Below are positions 55,902 to 64,000 of a stretch of DNA of 64,000 nt, piece after piece. The position numbers and the translations under genes are program-made. How positions within the stretch are numbered: position 1 is the first letter of the stretch; each line of letters begins with the position of its first letter. This stretch comes from the human T2T-CHM13v2.0 reference genome, Homo sapiens. The stretch lies in the NCBI RefSeq assembly GCF_009914755.1, contig NC_060932.1, one strand, 5' to 3'. Below the pieces are notes generated by a model. It was given only the letters and a program-made list of their open reading frames with translations. It searched no databases and had not been told where the DNA came from.

Positions 55902-58900
55902 CTGAACAGACCAATATCAAGTTCCAAAATTGAGTCAGTAATAAAAACCCTACCAATCAAAAAAAAAAAGAAACTACCCAGACCAAATGGATTCATAATA
56001 GAATTCTTCCAGATGTACAAAGAAAAGCTGATACCAAGACTGCTGAAACTATTTTGAAAAATCAAGGAGAGATTCCTCTCTAACTCATTCCATGAAGCCA
56101 GCATCACCCTGATACCAAAACCTGGCAAATACACAACAAAAAAAGGAGACTAGAGCCAATATCCCTGATGAACATAGATGCAAAAATTCTCAATAAAATA
56201 CTAGTAAACCGAATTCAGCACCACATCAAAAAGTAAATTCAACATGATCAAGTAGGCACCATTTCTGGGATACAAAGTTGGTTCTATATATTCAAATAAA
56301 TAAATGGGATTCACCACAAAAACAGAATTAAAAACAAAAACCATATGAGCATCTCCATAGATGCAGAAAAGGTTTTTGATACAATCCAACATCCCTTGGT
56401 GATTAAAAAACCTCAAGAAACTAGGCATCAAAGGAGCAAACTTCAAAATAGTAAGAGCCATCTAGACAACCTCGTAGCCAACATCATACTAAATAGACAA
56501 AAACAGAAAACCTTCTCTTTGAAAACCAAAGCAAGAGAAGGATACCCACTCTTACCACTTCTATTCAACATAGTACTGGAAGTGCTAGCCAAAGCAATCA
56601 GGCAAGAGAAAGAAATACAAGGCATCCAAATAGGAAAAGAAGTTGAACTATCTCTCTTCACGGATGATATGATTCTATACCTAGCAAACCCTGAAGACTC
56701 TGCTAAAAGTCACCTGGAGCTAATAAATGACTTCAGTAAAGTTTCAGGATACAAAATCAACGTACAAAAATCAGTAGCATTTCTATACACCAATAACATT
56801 CAAGCTGAAAGAGAAATCAAGAATGCAATCCCATTTACAAGAGCCACACACACACAAAAATAAAAAATCATAGGGATATATCTAAATAAGTAGGTCAAAG
56901 CACTCTACAAGGAGAACTACAAAACACTGCTAAAAAATTTTACAGATGTCACAAACAAATGGGAAAAATTCCATGCTCATGGATTAGAAGAATCAATATT
57001 ATTAAAATGGCCATACTTTCCAAAGCACTCTACAGATTGAACACTATTCCTATCAGACTACCAATGTCATTTTTTACAGAATGGGAAAGAAACTATTCTA
57101 AAAGTCATACGGAACCAAAAAAGCATCCAAATAGCCAAAGCAATCCTAAGCAAAAAGAATAAAGCTGAAGACATCATATTACCTGACTTCAAACTACATT
57201 AGAAGGCTACAGTAACCAAAATAGCATGGTACTTGTACAAAAACAAACAAATAAACGGATGGAACAAAATAGAGAACTTAGAAATAAAGCTGCACACCTA
57301 CAACTATCTGATCTTTGACAAAATTGACGAATATAAACAATGGAGAAAGCTCTCCCTATTCAATAAATGGTGCTGGGATAGCTGCCTAGTCATGTGCAGA
57401 AGAATGAAATTGGACCCCTACCTTTCACCAAACACAAAAATTAACTCAAGGTGGGATTAAGCCTACAATTGATCTTTGACTAATAGGAGTTTTAAGTGTG
57501 TTAAAAATCTATACTGGACAGTGTCAAGAAATTACCAGAGAAAGAGAAGCTTATGAGCTCGCCAAACAAGGATTTCATGGTAGATTTTCTCTCTCTCAAA
57601 TGAACTTAAAGGAACAAATGACAGTTAAAGTTTGAATGGAAGAGCCTGCCATTGTTCCACATCTTGTTGTTGCTGTTTACATTCCTTTGTGGAGCCTACA
57701 TCTTCCTAAGTTTTCTAGCAAGTATATGTTGAACACTTCTGTTTTACGGTTAAGACAGAGTCAGAGGCCATGGATACTGACAACTGATAACTGTCTGTTT
57801 TTTTCTGTCTTTTTCCATGACTCTTATCTACTGCTTCATCTTGATTTATAACAAAACCTGAAAAACCTACAAAAATAAGTTTATCTAGAAAAATATGGAA
57901 AATATTGTGTTATTGTTGGTGAAGAAAAACAATTTTGTATAGTTTATTTCAATCTAAATAAAATGTGAACTTTGTTTAAAAAAAAAAAAAGATGAGATTA
58001 AAGATTTCAATGTAAGACCTCAAACTATAAGAATCCTAAAAAAAAACATCTAGAAAACCACCATTCTGGACATGGGCCTTGGGAAATAATTTATAATTAG
58101 GTCCTCAAAAGCAACTACAACAAAAACAAAAATTGATAGGTGGGACATAATTAAACTAAAGAGTTTCTGCACAGCAAAATAAACTATCATTAGAGTAAAA
58201 AGACAAACTACAGAATGGGAGAAAATGTTCGTAAGCTATGCATCTGACAAAGGTCTAATATGCAGAATCTATAAGGAACTTAAACAATTGAATGAGCAAA
58301 AACACATAACCGTATTAAAAAGTGGGCCAAAGACATGAAACATTTCTCAAAAGAAAACATAGAAGCAGCCAACAACATATGAAAAAAATCCTACACGTGA
58401 TTAATCATCAGAGAAGTGCAAATCAAAACCACAATGAGATTATCATCTCATACCAGTCAGAATGGCTATTATTAAAAAGTCAAAAAACAACAGATGTTGG
58501 TGAGCCTATGGAGAAAACGGAACAATTATACACTGTTGGGGGGAATGTAAATTACTTCAGCCACTGTGGAAAGCAGTTTGGAGAGTTCTCATAACACTTA
58601 AACGGAACTACCATTTGACCCAGCAGTCCTGTTACTAAGTATATATCCAAAAAAAAAAAACCAAATCATTCTACCAAAAATCACATACATTTGTATGTTC
58701 ATTGCAGCACTATTCGCAAGAGCAAAGACATGAAATCAACCTAGGTGCCCATCAATGATGGATTAGATAAAGAAAATGTGGTACATACGTACCATGGAAT
58801 ACTACAGTGCTATGCAAAAGAATGAGATAATGTACCTTGCAGCAACACAATGCAGTTGGAGGCCATTATCCTAAGTGAATTAACACAGGAACAGAAAACC

Positions 58901-59140
58901 AAATACCACATATCTCACTTATAACTGGGAGCTAAACATTGGATACTCGTGGACATAAGGATGACAACAATAGAAACTGGGGACTGCTATTTGGAGAAGG
59001 GGACGGGGCACAAAGGTTGAAAAACTGACTATTGGGTACTATGATCAGTACCTAGGTGATGGAATCATTTGTACCCCAAACCTCAGCATCATGCAATATA
59101 CCTAGGTAATGTATTCTTGAATCTAAAATAAAAGTTGGAA
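55902..59140 (+). mobile_element. 5'-truncated, defective L1PB/L1PA16-type element (ORF2 RT to 3'UTR)
   Basis: Begins at LNRPI. ORF 56345-56863 gives [10 protein letters not shown]...[11 protein letters not shown]...[11 protein letters not shown]; many stops and frameshifts; 3'UTR through ctaaaataaaagttgg. Confidence 0.95.
57461..57990 (+). pseudogene. THAP12: 5'-truncated processed retrocopy of an mRNA 3'UTR, recognised as THAP12 (PRKRIR), inside L1 ORF2
   Basis: 530 bp of non-L1 sequence with AATAAA at 57957-57962 and polyA at 57978-57990. TSD aaggtgggattaa (57448-57460) / aagatgagattaa (57989-58001); L1 resumes in register. Parent gene assigned from memory of the THAP12 3'UTR (…cagaggccatggatactgacaactga…tttatttcaatctaaataaaatgtgaa). 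Confidence 0.75.
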
Positions 59141-59789
59141 ATAATTAATCAATTAATTAAAATTAATGTTTTAAAAAGCAAATCAGGAGACCAAAAAAAA
59201 AAAGATATGTTTCCTCTATTGTTTGCCCAAAATAATGTCTGAAATGAAAAAAAAAAAAAGGTATCCGTAACTATCAGTGGCAGAACTGAAGGAAGCAACA
59301 TCAAATCAATAATGATTTTTGAAACCTAAATGGTCTCCAACCACCTGGAGATGTCAAATTGCTTTAACCTCTCATGCAGTGGCTCTCTAGAGTGCTGTGT
59401 TGAAAATGATCCTGAAGCTGCATGCATGCTGCATGGAAAAGTGTGTGATTATTCATAAGCAATGTCTGCCAGGAACAAAGAGAGAGGAATAGTAGCTTAT
59501 ATGTCATTAAGTTACTACTCCTGTGCTAGGGGTTCAATTTTAGCAACAACTACTAAAGACACTTATTATGCTGGAAACTTTCGATCTGGAAATGTAATGT
59601 TTAGTAGCTCCAAATAAACATACACCAATCAGAAGAAAGCAGGAAATTTGCTCATTTGAATGGATAGATGTGTATAGGGTAACATCCCTGTAATGCTGGT
59701 TTTTTAAAATGAATATTGTTGTTCATAATTAATGCTTGATCAATTAAAGAATGAGCTGAATGAGCAAAAATAAACTCATAATACCAGAG

Positions 59790-60300
59790 TGCATGTGGCA
59801 GGCTACTGATTGACCTCCAAATTCTGTTTCCCCTTCTATAATAACAGAATTTCAGCTAGGCAAGAAAACACTCAACTATGCTTTTCACAACATCCCTTGT
59901 GACTAGTTGTGGTAATAACTAATTCCATTTCTTTCCAGTGGAATGTGAATGAAAATGATATGTGCAAATTTTATCTTACTTGCTTCAAAGAGAATAACTT
60001 GTCCTTTACTTATCTTTCCCTTTACATGGGCTGGAATGTCAAATGTGGCAGTGACTTTGCTTCAAATCTGCAATCAAGAGCAACATCCCAGAAGGTGTTA
60101 ATTCATTTCATTATTTAATTAATTAATATAAATGAGCCAGGCCTAAGGCCCTGAATGAATGCACGGAGCAGAGCTGCTCTGGCAGCTTGGACCATTCTCC
60201 TCTGGACTATTATTTTAGATAAAAATAAATTTTTACCTTGTTTAAGCATCTATATCTTTGGGTATCTTTTTATTCCAGGAGCTTTCACCCAAAGCCTAAC
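59790..60300 (+). mobile_element. MLT1J-type LTR
   Basis: tgtggcaggctactgattgac...ggagcagagctgctc...tctggactatta...aaataaatttttaccttgtttaagc. Confidence 0.65.
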
Positions 60301-60370
60301 TAGAGTAGTAATCAACAGGCAGTAGGATGTGTAAGCAAAGAGTCAGGAAAATGGTGACAGAGAAGTCTAG

Positions 60371-60744
60371 TGTATCAGTCCGTTCTCACCTGGCTATAAA
60401 GAAATACCTGAGACTGGGTAATTTATAAAGGAAATGGGTTTAATTGACTCACAGTTTCCCATGGCTGGGGAGGCCTCAGGAAACTTACAATCATAGCGGA
60501 AAGGGAAGCAAACATGTCTTTCTTTACATGGCGGCAGGAGAGGGAGTGAGTGCCCAGCAAAGGAGGAAGCCCCTTATAAAACCACCAGATCTCATGACAA
60601 CTCACTCACTATTATGAGAATAGGGTGGGGAAAACTGAGCCCATGATTCAATTATCTCCATCTGGTCCCTCCCATGATACATGGGGATTATGGGAACTAC
60701 AATTCAAGATGAGATTTGGGTGGGGACACAGCCAAACCATATTA
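60371..60744 (-). mobile_element. THE1 solo LTR
   Basis: THE1D-like consensus; perfect TSD tctag at 60366-60370 and 60745-60749. Confidence 0.92.
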
Positions 60745-60910
60745 TCTAGCATACCTAACAAGGTCCCTATGTGGCTAGTGGGATTCTGGAGCATAAGGCA
60801 AAGCCCTGCATGCTCTTGAAGGGTAAAAGGACTTGAGCTCTGAGTAATGTTGAGCACAACACACCTAACTAAATCAGTACATTCAGCCAAGAGGACAACA
60901 AGTAGAACCA

Positions 60911-61081
<171 letters not shown>

Positions 61082-61559
61082 TTACTTAGTCAGAGTAGGA
61101 TAAGCAGGGAGGCTGACTTGATGCTAAGCTCTCTAAATTGCTTTTATTAGTAATTCTCCCCTGCTTAAGAGTTCAGTTGGTCTCAGAGATTGGGCATGAA
61201 TGAGGCTATAGATGGGAGTTAAGACATCCCATTTGTGAAGGTTGCAGGATCTTGTGTCACTATTTGAATTCTTGTAAAATTCCCATTTTTGTTCATATCC
61301 TTGTATCCTGCTACCTTACCCACCAGCCACCTCTACTGGGCCTGCTCTGAGACCTCCAGTTCAAATATCCTTCCCAGTCTCAGGGCCTTCTGAGCTTAGA
61401 TGGACCCTTGGTTAGCCAAAGCAAAGATTCTTTGGGTGACACCATGCATTTTCTTTCCCTTATTATCCACTTGAGGTAAAAATGATCTATAATGAATTTT
61501 AAATTGAAAATGTATTTGTTGGCCACTTATTTATTTGCAAATCTACTTCTCCTATCCTA

Positions 61560-61930
61560 TTCTATTCCTCTCAATGACATCATCCATTCCAGATTCTTCT
61601 CTTCCACCCCACCCACCATAACCCTTTAAGAAATACCTCCTGGACCATCCTCTCTGACACTGTCTAGACAGGCCTCCTAAGAACTTCTTAACTTATCTTC
61701 CTTGTTCAAATCTCTCCTTCTTCCAGCCTAAGCTATACCTGCCAGATTATTCTTCATAAAATACAGATTTGATCGTATTTCTTCTTCCCACCCCTCCAAA
61801 ATAAACCTCACGTAACTATCCATTTCTTCAGAAGATTATAACCAAAGTTTTTAATCTTTTCAAAGTTTAAACCCCCTTGAAAGCCCAAAGTTTAAAAACC
61901 CTCTACAGATCCTCCCAGCTTTGGCTTCCA
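61560..61930 (+). mobile_element. L2 remnant
   Basis: caatgacatcatccattcc...ggcctcctaa...tgccagattattcttcataaaatacagatttgatcgtatt. Confidence 0.6.
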
Positions 61931-63029
61931 CCATTTTTTCACAGGATCAACACAAAGGCCCAGTGTAAGCCAGTTCTCCTGATTTTAGACCCCAAACTGT
62001 GAGAAAATGAGTTTGGTGTTAGTCTCACCCTGAACTTCATGGTCTGACCTTTGGGAAAGTTCACTGTAAGTCTACCGCCTAAGCCTTCATATTTTATAGA
62101 AAATCTTGCTTTTGTGAGACACAAAATTGTGAGAAATAATGACAGAGATTTCTACCTTTTATTGTATTAGTCAATGTGCCCACAGTCTGTGAAGAATTTG
62201 GACTTTCAATAATATTCTCCCTGTATCACTGTACAAAGTTATTTTCCCTAGGCTTTAGGGGAGGATGACTTTTATTTACTATTTTCAGTGTGAAAGTGTG
62301 TTATGATCATATTCTGCCATGTTGACTGTATGGTGCATTATTTTCAGGTTACCCTCTCTGTCTATCAACTTTCCTTATCTTTGTGGCTCCTAATCTTTGT
62401 AACCAGCTTCCATCAACAAAGTCAAGCTGCAGAAAATAAACTACAGATAAGGCTCACTGACGTGGTAATGGGGTTTTCACTGCTTCCCTTTAATTTTCTA
62501 TTTCAATAATTCTTGCTGCCAGAAATTTCCTTTTGATGCTCAAGTCAGAAAATCCTTTGATGAAAACAGCAACTTACCACATTAAAATATAAAAGCTAGC
62601 AACTTCTTAGTACCTCATTTATTCTTTTGGACTTTACTGCCTTTCACGTATCAGTGATTTTTTTTTTATCTTTCAGTTACTCTTCACATGTATATAGTTA
62701 AGGTGTATTATTTCTATTATTTGTGCTTGATCAACAACTTACTTCACTGAATTGTTTTGAGAGCTCATTAAGATTTTCTTTATCTTATCCTATCATAAAG
62801 ACCCTACAAATTAAATCCATTGCATATGCAGCATAGCACTTCTTGTTCTTATTAACAGCTTTAATGCATTTGTTAAAATTTTATCTTACATGTCCATCTA
62901 CTCTCATTCCTGTGTCACCTTTACTTTCTTAGATGGCTGAGGATTGAGATAAGTGTGGAATTGCTAAGGCATTGTGTTTATTGCAATCTTACAGGGCCAC
63001 TTTGTTCTACTGAATTATATTGAAAGTTG

Positions 63030-64000
<971 letters not shown>

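Noticed and set aside
56345-56863. Longest ORF (172 aa) with reverse-transcriptase motifs
   Set aside because: Fragment of dead L1 ORF2 (FADD changed to FTDD, flanked by stops and frameshifts); not a gene.

Overview
Primate genomic DNA, most likely human (AluJ/S/Y-type SINEs, THE1/MST/MLT MaLR LTRs, ERV1 solo LTRs, L1PA/PB/M, L2, MIR, MER DNA transposons). It is AT-rich, CpG-poor and has no CpG island. No intact protein-coding gene or RNA gene is supported: the ORFs in the track are Alu-, L1-, LTR- or microsatellite-derived, or short and unrecognisable, so the window reads as a large intron or intergenic region. Repeat subfamily names come from my recollection of consensus sequences, not from a RepeatMasker run. 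The most notable non-repeat signals are: (1) a candidate 9-nt microexon at 1794-1802 followed by four RBFOX (U)GCAUG motifs; (2) a polyadenylated, TSD-flanked 3'UTR retrocopy, recognised as THAP12/PRKRIR, inserted inside an old L1 ORF2; (3) a nested LTR cluster at 36-44 kb with a MER41-like LTR carrying three GAS sites and a CArG box, an LTR10-like LTR with a near-p53 site, and a CpG-retaining TFAP2-like motif cluster; (4) an Alu whose A-tail is replaced by GGGGCGGGGG; (5) a compact CRE-CArG-E-box module; (6) a strong CTCF motif. I found no clear evidence of a wholly new biological system; the findings are testable candidates.
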